DNA of 64,000 nt from Candidatus Omnitrophota bacterium (GCA_041649175.1 JBAZNR010000001.1:847497-911496); one strand, 5' to 3'. Positions 24,360-34,977 are shown, counted from the stretch's first letter. Program-made: numbers and translations. Notes: generated by a model not told the origin, from the sequence alone.

Positions 24360-25190
24360 ATGGTGAATTCTCAAAGAAGCCGAAAAAATTTCCTGGAGTA
24401 TCAGGATAATTTCAAAGACCTGTTTTGCAAAAGCGATCTCATGCTTTTTTTAGATTTTGACGGAACCCTTGCTGCTATTGTCGGCCATTACAAAAATGCC
24501 AGGATCCTTCAAAAAAGTAAAATGCTCTTGGAGCAAATAGCTAAAAGTTCTCAGTGTTATGTGGCGATCGTAAGCGGCCGGGCATTGCTTGATGTTAAAA
24601 AACGTGTTGGCTTGAAGAATGTCATATATGCAGGAAATCATGGTTTGGAAGTCGCGGGCCCCGGCCTCAAGCGCACATTATTTGTTAAGACGGATGTAAA
24701 GAAAGTATTAAGAAAAATAAAGACGGACCTGACAAAAAGTATCGGCAGAACAAAAGGTATTCTCATTGAAGATAAAACATTAACGCTTAGCGTTCATTAC
24801 CGTCGGGTTAGCCGTGAGGACCTGACTTTGTTTAAACAGATATTCTGGAAAAATGTTCGGCCCTATCTTAAAAGCCGGGCCATTGAGGTTCATGAAGGAA
24901 AGAAAGTTCTTGAGATCAAACCGATGGCTAAGTGGAACAAGGGCAGTATCGTTTTATGGCTTATCGGCCGTTTACAAAAAAATATCCGTCGCCGGAAATT
25001 CTTTCCTATTTTTATTGGTGATGATGCGACCGACGAAACTGCCTTTGCCGCTTTAAGAGATAAAGGGCTTTGTATCCGTGTCGGGCGCAGCAAGGCGTCA
25101 GCGGCGCAGTATCGTTTAAACAGCATTGATCACGTAGCGCAATTTTTAAAGATCATTTTAGATTCTACGAGCAGGCATACTCTCAAGTAA
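24360..25190 (+). CDS. otsB: Trehalose-6-phosphate phosphatase (HAD superfamily, OtsB)
   Basis: 276 aa. HAD motif I FLDFDGTLA, motif III/IV ...IGDDATDE. Directly downstream of otsA. Confidence 0.85.
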   Translation: MVNSQRSRKNFLEYQDNFKDLFCKSDLMLFLDFDGTLAAIVGHYKNARILQKSKMLLEQIAKSSQCYVAIVSGRALLDVKKRVGLKNVIYAGNHGLEVAGPGLKRTLFVKTDVKKVLRKIKTDLTKSIGRTKGILIEDKTLTLSVHYRRVSREDLTLFKQIFWKNVRPYLKSRAIEVHEGKKVLEIKPMAKWNKGSIVLWLIGRLQKNIRRRKFFPIFIGDDATDETAFAALRDKGLCIRVGRSKASAAQYRLNSIDHVAQFLKIILDSTSRHTLK

Positions 25191-25240
25191 GGAGAAAGGC
25201 TTCTTTACTTGTCAGAAAATAAAACTTTGGGGGTGTTAGC

Positions 25241-27064
25241 ATGAACTATGCTGTAATCGGAAATTGTACGAGTGCTGCCTTGGTCAGCCCGGAATGTTCG
25301 ATCGATTGGCTGTGTCTGCCGTTTTTTGACTCACCGTCATTATTTGGCCGCCTTTTAGATGATCAAAAGGGAGGATACTTTCGTATTTGGGCGGAAGATA
25401 TCTTGGATGTAAAGCAGCAGTATGTGCATCGTTCTCCAATTTTGAAAACAAAATTCACGACAAAAAGCGGGATTTTTGAAGTGGCAGACTATATGCCTCG
25501 TTTTTTGGCGCATGACGGCGAAGTGATGTGCCCTCCAGAAATTCATCGCAATATCCATTTGCTTGAGGGCAATCCGCGCTTGATCGCCGAATTAAAGCCG
25601 TGCCCTAATTATGGGCTGGCGCCGGGAAGTTTTCTTGCGTCCCCAGATCACCTTAAGATCAATTCCACAAAAGGCGAGTATAACAGTTTTTATCTATATT
25701 CAAATTTAGATTTTGAAAAAATTTTGCAGGGAAAACCAATCGAGCTAAAGGCATCCTCGTATTTCGTGCTTTCCTATCATGAAAAATTAATACCCGTAAC
25801 GCAGGAACGGATCTATTTGGAATATGAGCGGACAAAAAGTTATTGGATGGACTGGGCTTATCGCGCTAAAGCTCCGGAGAAATACCGCGAGATCGTGCTT
25901 CGCTCGATTATTACTCTTAAGCTGCTGATGTTCCAAAGAACAGGGGCTTTTGTTGCGGCTCCGACTACATCATTGCCGGAGATCAAAGGCGGGACAAGGA
26001 ATTGGGATTATCGGTTTTGCTGGGTGCGGGACGCGAGTATGATCATTGATCTTTTTGCCCGCATCGGGCATGTTATTGCGTCGGAGAATTTCATCAAGTT
26101 CATTTTAGGAAGAATGTTATTAAAAAATGAAAACATCTCTGTTATGTACGGGATCAACGGTGAGCGTGATATTCGGGAACAAACACTTGATCATTTAAGC
26201 GGCCATGAAGGCTCCAGCCCGGTTAGGATCGGTAATGCGGCGCATCAACAGCGGCAAAATGATGTTTACGGCGAACTGATCGAAGCCATTTATTCGTATT
26301 ACATTATTAACGCTAGAAATCAGAAGAATTTTGATGAAGAACTTTGGACTGTTGTCCGTTCTTTAGCGAACCGTGCTATTGAAACATGGCAAGAGCCGGA
26401 TTGCGGTATTTGGGAACGCCGAGGGCCGATGCAGCATTTTGTTCATTCAAAAATGATGAACTGGGTGGCGCTGGACAGGGCTGTAAAGATCAGCCGGTTT
26501 ATCGGTAAAGAAAAAAATGTAAAGAGGTATTTAAAGGTTGCGGATGAAATTAAAAAAGATGTTTTAAAAAATGGCTGGGATCCGGAATTGAACAGTTTTG
26601 TCATGTTCTACGGCTCTAAAGACCTTGATGCGTCAAATCTTTTAATGCTGCATTACGGATTTTTAGACATCGCTGATCCGCGGATCGTTGGAACTGTTGA
26701 GGCGGCGTATCATAAACTTTTACGCGATGGATTTGTTATGCGCTATACAGCCGAAGACGAATTTGGCGTTCCTCAAAATGCGTTCATCGTTTGTACATTT
26801 TGGCTGATCGATGCGCTTTATCTGATCGGCCGAGAACAAGAAGCGCGGGAAATGTTCCATCGGGTGATAGGCTGTGCGAATAAATTTGGGCTTTTGTCTG
26901 AAACCATTGAACCTAAGACCGGTATGTTGAGAGGTAATTTCCCTCAGGGATATTCGCATCTGGCGTTGATCCAGACGGCGTTTCTTTTAGAAACAAATTA
27001 TCAGTGGAATGATGAAAACCGGCCTGTTCCTCCCAGTGATGCCGGCAGTAGCGAGAAAAATTGA
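25241..27064 (+). CDS. Glycoside hydrolase family 15 protein (glucoamylase / trehalase-type)
   Basis: 607 aa. GH15 signature ...NWDYRFCWVRDAS... and (alpha/alpha)6-barrel-like C-terminal region. Its position after otsAB suggests a trehalase role. Confidence 0.8.
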   Translation: MNYAVIGNCTSAALVSPECSIDWLCLPFFDSPSLFGRLLDDQKGGYFRIWAEDILDVKQQYVHRSPILKTKFTTKSGIFEVADYMPRFLAHDGEVMCPPEIHRNIHLLEGNPRLIAELKPCPNYGLAPGSFLASPDHLKINSTKGEYNSFYLYSNLDFEKILQGKPIELKASSYFVLSYHEKLIPVTQERIYLEYERTKSYWMDWAYRAKAPEKYREIVLRSIITLKLLMFQRTGAFVAAPTTSLPEIKGGTRNWDYRFCWVRDASMIIDLFARIGHVIASENFIKFILGRMLLKNENISVMYGINGERDIREQTLDHLSGHEGSSPVRIGNAAHQQRQNDVYGELIEAIYSYYIINARNQKNFDEELWTVVRSLANRAIETWQEPDCGIWERRGPMQHFVHSKMMNWVALDRAVKISRFIGKEKNVKRYLKVADEIKKDVLKNGWDPELNSFVMFYGSKDLDASNLLMLHYGFLDIADPRIVGTVEAAYHKLLRDGFVMRYTAEDEFGVPQNAFIVCTFWLIDALYLIGREQEAREMFHRVIGCANKFGLLSETIEPKTGMLRGNFPQGYSHLALIQTAFLLETNYQWNDENRPVPPSDAGSSEKN

Positions 27065-27226
27065 TGAGGCTAAGCGGCTGGATATTGATGATCTTAAGTT
27101 GGACGCTTATTATTGGTATGGCGACATTCTGTTTTCGGAAAATATTCCAGAAAGATAAAGTAGACTGATTATAAATCTCCCAAAGTGTTCTTGAGAACAG
27201 GGAGTTAAAAAATAAAAAGGAGCAGT

Positions 27227-28309
27227 GTGATGGTTTTGGTTTTTTGTTTGCTTTTAATTGCGGGAATTATCGGAGGGCAGCTTTTTGATGTATCAGCATC
27301 TAAAGACGTATTGTCTTTCATTACATCGGTCTGCTTGGCTTATATCATGATCGAAGTGGGGCTCGAATTCTCCGTTGATAAAAGAAAAATAAGAAGCTAT
27401 GAATGGGATGCGTGCGTTGCATTTATTGCGGCCGCTCTTCCTACTCTTTTATGGTTTTTATATTTTAGCTTTGTGATGCAGCATCCTTGGCGTCCGTCGA
27501 TGGTTGCCGGGCTTTCTGCGGCTCCAACATCCGCTGGAGTCCTTTTCTCGATGTTGTTGGCCGCAGGATTGGGGGCAACATGGGTTTTTCAAAAAGCCCG
27601 GACATTGGCGGTGTTAGACGATCTAGCGACGATCTTATTGCTGACACCCTTAGGGATCATTATTCATGGATTTGAGATCAAGTCTATTATCGTTCTTGCC
27701 TTGATCGGATTATTTTTGTTCGCTTCTTTTCGGTGGCAAAACACAATTCTATGGCCCACGGGGGAAAAATGGCTTTTATTGTACGGATTTGTTTTAACAG
27801 CCATCGTCTTTTTTGCTAAAGAGACAACGAATATACATCTCGAGGTCCTTATTCCGGCCTTTATGTGGGGCTGCCTTGTTCATTTGCAGAAGAAACATCA
27901 CACGGAAAAATCTCCGCCACACAATATTTCTTTGGATTCCGCCGTTAAGGGGATTTTTATGATCCTCGTTGGGTTTTCTTTTCCGAGAATTGAGATCGGA
28001 GCCGTTCCTTGGGGCATGACGGTTGCTCATGTTGTCGCGCTTACCATATTATCCAATATAGGAAAATGTTTTTCCGCGTTTTGTTATCGTCGAGAAGCCT
28101 CTTTAAAAGAACGACTGGCTTTAAGTGTTGCGATGTTCCCGCGAGGCGAAGTAGGAGCCGCGGTTTTATTGATCGGCCTTGGATATGGTTTTGGCGGCTA
28201 TGTGAGCTCTTTGGCGCTTTTAAGTTTGGCACTTAATCTTGTTCTAACCGGCGTTTTTATCGGTGTTGTTATGCATCTTTTGCGAAAAGAACCAGGAACA
28301 TCCGTTTGA
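27227..28309 (+). CDS. Polytopic membrane protein, cation:proton antiporter (CPA/Kef-like) family candidate
   Basis: 360 aa, about 10 TM helices. A ...EVGLEFSVDKRK... segment resembles the conserved loop of Na+(K+)/H+ exchangers. Assignment by eye only. Confidence 0.4.
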   Translation: MMVLVFCLLLIAGIIGGQLFDVSASKDVLSFITSVCLAYIMIEVGLEFSVDKRKIRSYEWDACVAFIAAALPTLLWFLYFSFVMQHPWRPSMVAGLSAAPTSAGVLFSMLLAAGLGATWVFQKARTLAVLDDLATILLLTPLGIIIHGFEIKSIIVLALIGLFLFASFRWQNTILWPTGEKWLLLYGFVLTAIVFFAKETTNIHLEVLIPAFMWGCLVHLQKKHHTEKSPPHNISLDSAVKGIFMILVGFSFPRIEIGAVPWGMTVAHVVALTILSNIGKCFSAFCYRREASLKERLALSVAMFPRGEVGAAVLLIGLGYGFGGYVSSLALLSLALNLVLTGVFIGVVMHLLRKEPGTSV

Positions 28310-28537
28310 TTTTAAGGAAATGCATACCGGATGTTAAGATAAGCCTTATTCCATCCTGCTGTTTTTATCTGATAAAGAGACTATTTACATATTGACGATT
28401 ATTTTATTTTACGATAATCTATATTCTGTTTTGTTTCCCTTAAAAAGTATTTCCTAAAAGTAGTTTTTCCTCATTGATCCTGGGCAGTTCAGAAAAACAA
28501 AAAGTCAAAAATCCCGTTTATCTCATGAGGAGAAACT

Positions 28538-31500
28538 ATGCAAAGAATATCCCCTTGGCTAGCTTTTGCCGCTGTATTGTTGTCCTTTGTCTTTAATCAT
28601 TCCCATCTTGATGCGAAGACCGAAGCTGAGGTCGTTGCTCCCATTACGACTGTCACTTCCGAAGATATAAACAATTTACCAAGTTCTAGAGATCTTTTGG
28701 ATCTGACAGCCATCCTTTCTAACAACAATAATAGGGAAAGTACGCCGAGGCCGCAGATGTCTAATTATCCGAATCTTAGAGGTTTTAGCGGCCCTTCTGT
28801 TTTAGGTTGTCCTCACCAATCTCAATCGCGGATAAAAGACAGTGTAAATTGGAGCGGATTTGGAAGCGGGTTAGGGCCCAACTTTCATTATCAGCCGCCG
28901 GCTGCTTCCAACCAAGGACAGGATTTAAATACCATTGACCGGGAGTTGATTGAACGGGTTGGAATTAATTTAAGCCCGGACTTTAAGAAATATTCCGGCG
29001 GAGGAATGACGCAGATCGATCCTCCGGCGCAAACACAAACGCCGGGGTTGTCCGGCGATGATGACTATGAAATTAAATATACCGAAGAAGAATTAGCCGA
29101 GATGGCCGAAATCCCGACCGCGGAGGATATTCGCCGCATCAATACTGATCCCTTTGGCGAGATGGAACAGCGCAAGGCCGAGCGAGCATCATCGCAAGAA
29201 CAAGTACAGCAGCCGGTCGCATCAGGCCCTATTGCTCCGCAGGGCTTAACGCAAGAAGATGCCGAAAAACTTTCCGCCGCATTTTTAGTGACCGATGATG
29301 CGAACGTCAATCAAGAATATCAAAATAATTTACGAAACATTCAACAGCAGCATGTGGCTCAAGCCGAAGAAGAAAAACATAAACTGGCTCAGTATCACGA
29401 ACAAGAACAGCGCGCGCTTCAAATGGAGCAAGACCGTTTGGACCGTTTAGCGGCACTTGACCATGCGCAAGAAAATCGTGAAATCCAACAAGCTAGTCAA
29501 CGGGATAGCATGCGCGAAGAAGTTGTCCGGCGCACCCAGGAAATTTTGAATACGACGGAAGATTATATCAATAATGCGGGTTCTTATGATCCGTATATTT
29601 TAAAGTGGGTCAGCATTGCCGCCGAAATGCAGCATCAAACAAAGAAATTAGCGGATAGCTGTTTGCGCGATCAAATGCGCGCGCAAGCCAAATTAAAAGC
29701 GCTTGAAGAGTGGGAGCAGGCTCATGCCCAAGAAGTTGCCGAAAATCCTCACCTTAAAAAAGCTCTTTTGAATATGAAATTCGCGGCTCAAATGTTGTAT
29801 TGGGACGCGGAATTAGTCTGGCTTTCTACCAAAGAGCTTGTTTTATACGGCGCGATGATCGACGTGGGAACTTTTGTTTTTACCAGCATTGGGAAAGCTT
29901 TAGGTGTTGCCAAGACAGCCGCGCAAGAAGCGGCCATGCGTGTCACGCTTAATGCCGCGCGTAAACCAACCGCTTATGTCGTCGGCGATGTAATGGTGAA
30001 TGCTGCCGGAAAAGGAGCCGATGAAGCCGCGGCAAGGTTTATGGGAACAGCCGGCCAGCAAGGTGTTAGGCAGGTTGCTGGGGGAGCCGCAGGGCAAGCC
30101 GCCGGAACAGGGGCCGCCGGGCAAGCCGCCGGAGAACTTGGCGATTCGACCATCGGTCAGGGAATCCGCGACATGTTGTCCGGAAGAACGCTAATGGAAA
30201 AAGAAGTTAAGATGAATCTTATTACGGAAGGTGTTCAAGCAGAAATGAATCGCATGGCGCAGGTTGCCGTCGAGACAGGAATTCCTAAAGAAGAAGTTGC
30301 TGCGGCGGTAGCCGCAGGAGACATAGATGGGCTCGCCATCAAGATCATCGAAAAACTTGGTGGCAAGATCGTTTCGTTTAAAGACGCGCGGCCGATCTTT
30401 GAGATCTCAACGCGTGCTTTGGCCGGAACGGCGACCAGCGCCGACAAAGCGGTTTTAGAAGCGCTTATTCGCCAATCGGAAGCTCAAGGCGTGAACTTCT
30501 GGGATGATTTGGCGCGTCAGGGAATTTTCGGTAATGACGGTTTTCAGCCCATTGCTACAATGGATGTTATTGCGGCTTTAAAGCGTTTAGTTACCACAGG
30601 TGTTGAAGAGGCTTTAGATAAAACGGCAAGGCTCAGTCCGGAGCAGATCCAGAACGCTCTTCAAACATCTTTACAAGGCGCTTTAGACAAAACAGCGCAG
30701 ATCGCGGTTGATAAAGCGGATGATGTGGCGACGCAAATTTTAGATAATGCCTTTGATAAAACGGTTCAGTTAACGCCTCAGCAGTTAGATCAAATGATGG
30801 CAACCGTGATCGACGGGGTTTTAGATAAAACCGTGCGGCTTTCTCCGGAATATGCCGAGCAATTCGCCAAAACTGTTGTTGATAAATTCTTAGAAAAAAC
30901 ACAAATGATGTCGCAGCAAGAGGCCATGCGTTTCGCCGAGACCGTTGCCGAAAATATTTTGGAACACACGGCACAAATGACCGAGCGGGAAGCGGCACAG
31001 TTTTTTGAAACAGTGGTCGAGAAAATAATGGATAAAACTGTTCTTTTGACCGAAAAAGAGGTGAGCGCTTTTATTAACAATGTCACCGAAGAAGTCTTCG
31101 CCAAGACATTGCATTGGAGCAAAGAAGAAACCGTGAGATTAAGTCAAAGTATCATCGACCGCTTTCTTAGTTCGGCGGCACAGCGCGCTGAGGCCAATAG
31201 TTTGCGCATGGCGGAAACGATGATCGACGACGCACTTAAAACTACGACAAAACTTGACGCCAATCAAGCCTTGCGTTTGGCAGAGACAGTTATTGACGAT
31301 GTTGCCGGTAAAACAACCATCATGACACCCGGCGGGTCTTTAGCTTTGGCGCAAACCGTTATTGATGGTATTTTAGCGAAGACAACACAGCTTTCTCAAA
31401 CAGAAGCCGCCGCTTTGGCCCAGACGGTCATTGAAAACATTATGGAAAAAACCGTTAAGATGTCTCCTATTGAAGCGGCTGCTTTAGCCGAAACGGTGAT

Positions 31501-34315
31501 TGGCGATGTTCTGGCGCGTACGGTTCAGTTAAGCGAACGGCAAATAGCGGAATTAGCCCAAACGGTCGTTGATCAAGCACTTGCCAAGACGCTAAAATTA
31601 TCGGGGCAGGAAGCATCGCAATTTGCTAAAACCGTTGGAGAAAATGTTTTAGACCGCACCGTCATTGATGATCTTGTAGGTGTGGGCAGTCAAGAAGCGT
31701 TAGAAAAAATGCCATGGAGACAATTCATTAATCATATTTATGCCTTAAGCGAAAAAGAACAGCTAGAAGGATTAGTCCAATACGCTAAAAAGATCGGCTT
31801 AACCGATGAGGCTATTAATGTAGCAAAGTCCGCCAAGGAACCTGTTTTAAATCTTTTGCGTTCTATTATCGAGAAGGAAGGCAATATCATAATTGCCGGC
31901 GCGGAAGCGAATAAAATTTTAGCTTTATCCACGCGTGTTTTAAGAAATACCGCGACCGATGCCGATATGCGGTTTTTGCAAGAAATGGTCCAAAAGTACC
32001 AGGCGCAAGGATTAGATTATTTTGCGCAGTTAGCAAAACAAGGAACGCTTTCGGTGGCGGAAGGATTTCAAAATGTTGCACAAAAAGATGTTATTGAGGC
32101 GCTAAGGAATTTTGCGCAATCCCAAACGCGCCAAGCGCTTGCCGACACCGTTAAGATTCCGTCGACAGCGGCGGCAACATCAGCCGCAAATTCGGCTTTG
32201 GATGCAACATCTCTTAATCTTGGCCTTGAAGGTTTAAGCCGTACGGGCCTTAATTACCGCCTAGATTTTAATATTCCAAAACAAACGGGAGATCTTTGGC
32301 AAGCAGCGCCGCGGTTAGATTTCTCTCAATTTTCTTATGGATCGTTTTTAAGTGATGAAAAAATTGGCGCGGCGGCCGGGCTTTCCGGCCCGATCATTAC
32401 TAGCGGTTTGTTAAATAAGGAACCGATCGTAAGCGTTTTTGACGCGGCGGGTATTCCGGTCGGGTCCGTGACGGCGAAAGATGTCAAAAGTAATCCCGCA
32501 CTCACGAGAGATTTAATTGATTTTGCTCAAAACCGCAGCCTTGCGGGACAGCGTGATTATTTTCGTGATTGGTCTGGCGGATTAGGATATAACTTCGGGC
32601 CTAAAGATGTAACTGCCATTGATCTGCGGGGTTCAAATGCGGATTTTATGCGAAGCAACTTGGGCCGTATCCCGGGCGGTATTGATTACGCGTCGACATT
32701 GGTTCCGCAATTAGGTATGGGGCAAGATGATCTAGGTATTCTTTCCGACGGGATTAATCATCAGCTTGTCAATCGCGCCTCACCGGAAAACTTTTTTGAT
32801 CCTTTCCATTGTTGCGGTGTTGTTTATTTGGACGAGCCTGTTTTCTTAAGAGAGGTTTTAGCGCCTAAAAAAGAAACTCCGGCGGAAGCGATCGTGCCGA
32901 ACGATCCGCTTTACCTTGATCTCGTTCACCAAAAGAAAATGGGTGGTAAATCTGGGAAACCTGTTGTGGTTATGGGTAGCGGAATGAAGATGCAAGGTGA
33001 AATTTTAGGCGTCGTGTTAGGTGGCAGTGATAAAAATGAAGAAAAGATCAAAGACCAATGGGGTATTAGGGAAGTTGGCTTTACGCCAAAAACAAACGCG
33101 GATTCCGCGTGGAATTTGGTAGATGCTCAAAAGAAAAATGTCTTAATCGCGGTAATCGATTCCGGATTGGACCTCGAGCATCCCGACGGCCCGCAATATA
33201 TTTGGACAAATCCTAAAGAAATCCCGGACAATAATATCGATGATGATCAAAACGGCTACGTGGATGATGTCCATGGATGGAATTTTCTAGATAATAATAA
33301 TGATCTTAGGGATTTTAAAGGCCACGGAACAAATGTTTCCGGGATCATTGCCGCTAAAGCGGATAACGGTATTGGTATTGCCGGTATTAATCCGGGCGCG
33401 CAGATCATGGTTTTAAAAGTCGTTAATCCCGATGGAAGAGCGAACAGCATAAATATTTACCGGGCGTTTCGTTACGCGGCTGATCACGGAGCGCGTATTA
33501 TCAATATTTCCCTTGGCGATGTCGGTGTTTCAAAGTTAGAGCAGTTAGCTGTTAATTATGCGTACGCGAAAGGTGTTTTTATCGTGGCAGCTTCCGGTAA
33601 TGATAATGAATTTATCGGGCTTTACGGGCCTGCTTCGGCAAAACATGTTTTTTCCGTTGGAAGCCAAGATTTTGAGGGGACGCGCAGCACCGTTTCGAAT
33701 TGGGGGCCGAATTTAGGTCTCATTGCTCCGGGAGAACAGATCTATACGCTTCACTCGCAAGATGCTAAATGGGAAGGAAATCCGAAAGCCAAAGAAAAGT
33801 ATTATTTCAGAGTCTCCGGAACTTCTTTTTCCGCGCCGATCGTTGCGGCGACAGCGTCTTTGTTGTTAGCTAAAGATCCTAACCTAACCCATGATCAACT
33901 GCGCGGCATTTTGATCAACTCGGCCAAGGACATGAAGGACAGCGGTTGGGATGGTTTGACCGGAGGTGGTTCTTTGGATGCGGTCGCAGCACTAGAAGCA
34001 AACATTCAAGATGTTTTTGTGGTCCAGCTGACCGAATTAAGGATAAATCCCGAGGATAACAAGGAAGTTTCTTTGGATGTTTTTGGAACTGTTTATGGTG
34101 ATGTGAGTGATTTTATTGTTGAGCTCGGACGGGGAAGAAATCCGTCGGGCTGGACGAAGATCGCCGGTCCTTTTACGCAGCCGGCTAATGCCAACTGGTT
34201 GTGCCGTGTAAAAAAAGAACTACTTCGCGGTAGTAAAGACTGGAATGTCCGCATTACGGCGACAGATAAAAAAGGACAGACAAAAACAGCACAATCACTG
34301 GTAGTCGTAAAATAA
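28538..34315 (+). CDS. Giant secreted subtilisin-like serine protease (S8) with a long N-terminal coiled-coil/repeat region
   Basis: 1925 aa. Signal peptide; Gln-rich coiled-coil (about aa 220-400); Ala/Gly-rich tract; about 15 tandem 23-aa repeats (aa about 690-1045); a roughly 70-aa domain duplicated on both sides of the repeat array. The C-terminal S8 catalytic domain has Asp (VIDSGLD), His (HGTNVSGII) and Ser (GTSFSAPIVAA) triad motifs. Confidence 0.85.
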   Translation: MQRISPWLAFAAVLLSFVFNHSHLDAKTEAEVVAPITTVTSEDINNLPSSRDLLDLTAILSNNNNRESTPRPQMSNYPNLRGFSGPSVLGCPHQSQSRIKDSVNWSGFGSGLGPNFHYQPPAASNQGQDLNTIDRELIERVGINLSPDFKKYSGGGMTQIDPPAQTQTPGLSGDDDYEIKYTEEELAEMAEIPTAEDIRRINTDPFGEMEQRKAERASSQEQVQQPVASGPIAPQGLTQEDAEKLSAAFLVTDDANVNQEYQNNLRNIQQQHVAQAEEEKHKLAQYHEQEQRALQMEQDRLDRLAALDHAQENREIQQASQRDSMREEVVRRTQEILNTTEDYINNAGSYDPYILKWVSIAAEMQHQTKKLADSCLRDQMRAQAKLKALEEWEQAHAQEVAENPHLKKALLNMKFAAQMLYWDAELVWLSTKELVLYGAMIDVGTFVFTSIGKALGVAKTAAQEAAMRVTLNAARKPTAYVVGDVMVNAAGKGADEAAARFMGTAGQQGVRQVAGGAAGQAAGTGAAGQAAGELGDSTIGQGIRDMLSGRTLMEKEVKMNLITEGVQAEMNRMAQVAVETGIPKEEVAAAVAAGDIDGLAIKIIEKLGGKIVSFKDARPIFEISTRALAGTATSADKAVLEALIRQSEAQGVNFWDDLARQGIFGNDGFQPIATMDVIAALKRLVTTGVEEALDKTARLSPEQIQNALQTSLQGALDKTAQIAVDKADDVATQILDNAFDKTVQLTPQQLDQMMATVIDGVLDKTVRLSPEYAEQFAKTVVDKFLEKTQMMSQQEAMRFAETVAENILEHTAQMTEREAAQFFETVVEKIMDKTVLLTEKEVSAFINNVTEEVFAKTLHWSKEETVRLSQSIIDRFLSSAAQRAEANSLRMAETMIDDALKTTTKLDANQALRLAETVIDDVAGKTTIMTPGGSLALAQTVIDGILAKTTQLSQTEAAALAQTVIENIMEKTVKMSPIEAAALAETVIGDVLARTVQLSERQIAELAQTVVDQALAKTLKLSGQEASQFAKTVGENVLDRTVIDDLVGVGSQEALEKMPWRQFINHIYALSEKEQLEGLVQYAKKIGLTDEAINVAKSAKEPVLNLLRSIIEKEGNIIIAGAEANKILALSTRVLRNTATDADMRFLQEMVQKYQAQGLDYFAQLAKQGTLSVAEGFQNVAQKDVIEALRNFAQSQTRQALADTVKIPSTAAATSAANSALDATSLNLGLEGLSRTGLNYRLDFNIPKQTGDLWQAAPRLDFSQFSYGSFLSDEKIGAAAGLSGPIITSGLLNKEPIVSVFDAAGIPVGSVTAKDVKSNPALTRDLIDFAQNRSLAGQRDYFRDWSGGLGYNFGPKDVTAIDLRGSNADFMRSNLGRIPGGIDYASTLVPQLGMGQDDLGILSDGINHQLVNRASPENFFDPFHCCGVVYLDEPVFLREVLAPKKETPAEAIVPNDPLYLDLVHQKKMGGKSGKPVVVMGSGMKMQGEILGVVLGGSDKNEEKIKDQWGIREVGFTPKTNADSAWNLVDAQKKNVLIAVIDSGLDLEHPDGPQYIWTNPKEIPDNNIDDDQNGYVDDVHGWNFLDNNNDLRDFKGHGTNVSGIIAAKADNGIGIAGINPGAQIMVLKVVNPDGRANSINIYRAFRYAADHGARIINISLGDVGVSKLEQLAVNYAYAKGVFIVAASGNDNEFIGLYGPASAKHVFSVGSQDFEGTRSTVSNWGPNLGLIAPGEQIYTLHSQDAKWEGNPKAKEKYYFRVSGTSFSAPIVAATASLLLAKDPNLTHDQLRGILINSAKDMKDSGWDGLTGGGSLDAVAALEANIQDVFVVQLTELRINPEDNKEVSLDVFGTVYGDVSDFIVELGRGRNPSGWTKIAGPFTQPANANWLCRVKKELLRGSKDWNVRITATDKKGQTKTAQSLVVVK
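30600..31670 (+). repeat. Intragenic tandem array of about 15 degenerate 69-bp (23-aa) repeats, consensus phi-D-x-phi-L-D-K-T-x-x-L-S-x-x-E-A-x-x-phi-A-x-T-V
   Basis: Consecutive 23-residue units, e.g. IDGILAKTTQLSQTEAAALAQTV / IENIMEKTVKMSPIEAAALAETV / IGDVLARTVQLSERQIAELAQTV. Diverged at the DNA level, so not a recent amplification. Confidence 0.7.
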
Positions 34316-34343
34316 TTCTTAATTTCTAAAAGGAGAAAGTGCG

Positions 34344-34901
34344 ATGTCTAAAACGAAAATAACCGCTTGCATCATAGGATTGTTACTTATTTCCTCGCCG
34401 GTCGCTCATGCCGCAACATTTAAAATTGATCCCGGCCGGTCAACATTGATCTTTAAAATAAAACAATTATCTATTGATACCGTCGGGGCTTTCACGCGAT
34501 TTCGCGGAACGATGGAATTAAATAGCGACAATACGCAGCCAACAGATCTTAAAGCCACTGTTGATCTAAAAAGTGTTAATACCCGTCAAAGCCAACGGGA
34601 TGAAGATCTTTTAGGGCAAGACATCTTTAACGCGGCTAAATTTCCGGCGGCAAAATTTGTTTCTAAGAAAATTGACGGCCAAAAGATATCAGGGGAATTG
34701 ACGTTGCGTGGTGTTACAAAACCGGTGAGTTTTAATTATCAATTGGGAAAAGTTGAAAATAAAAACGTTTCTATTTCTGCTCGGGGAACAATTCGCCCCA
34801 AAGACTTCGGCATCACGTTCAACCGGGCCTTAGAAAAAGGCAAACCGCTTCTTGGCGATTCGGTTGAAATTGTTGTGGAAGCCGTGGGCATTCTGCAATA
34901 G
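34344..34901 (+). CDS. YceI-like family periplasmic protein (polyisoprenoid-binding fold)
   Basis: 185 aa. Signal peptide. ...TFKIDPGRSTLIFKIKQLSIDTVGAFTRFRGTMELN... is typical of YceI-like domains. 28 nt downstream of the protease gene, with a Shine-Dalgarno sequence present. Confidence 0.65.
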   Translation: MSKTKITACIIGLLLISSPVAHAATFKIDPGRSTLIFKIKQLSIDTVGAFTRFRGTMELNSDNTQPTDLKATVDLKSVNTRQSQRDEDLLGQDIFNAAKFPAAKFVSKKIDGQKISGELTLRGVTKPVSFNYQLGKVENKNVSISARGTIRPKDFGITFNRALEKGKPLLGDSVEIVVEAVGILQ

Positions 34902-34977
34902 AATATTCCAATCATATCTGTAGAAAATCATAAGAAACTGTTTAGTTTTTTAGCCCTTTCATTTTTCCAGAAACTTT

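Noticed and set aside
27065-27226. Imperfect hairpin CTCCCAAAGTGTTCTTGAGAACAGGGAG after the GH15 gene as a terminator
   Set aside because: Interrupted stem and no downstream T-run; too weak to call.
30083-30133. 24-bp tandem direct repeat (GGAGCCGCAGGGCAAGCCGCCGGA x2) flagged as possible mini-satellite or regulatory repeat
   Set aside because: In frame inside the protease gene. It simply encodes a GAAGQAAG-GAAGQAAG low-complexity stretch.
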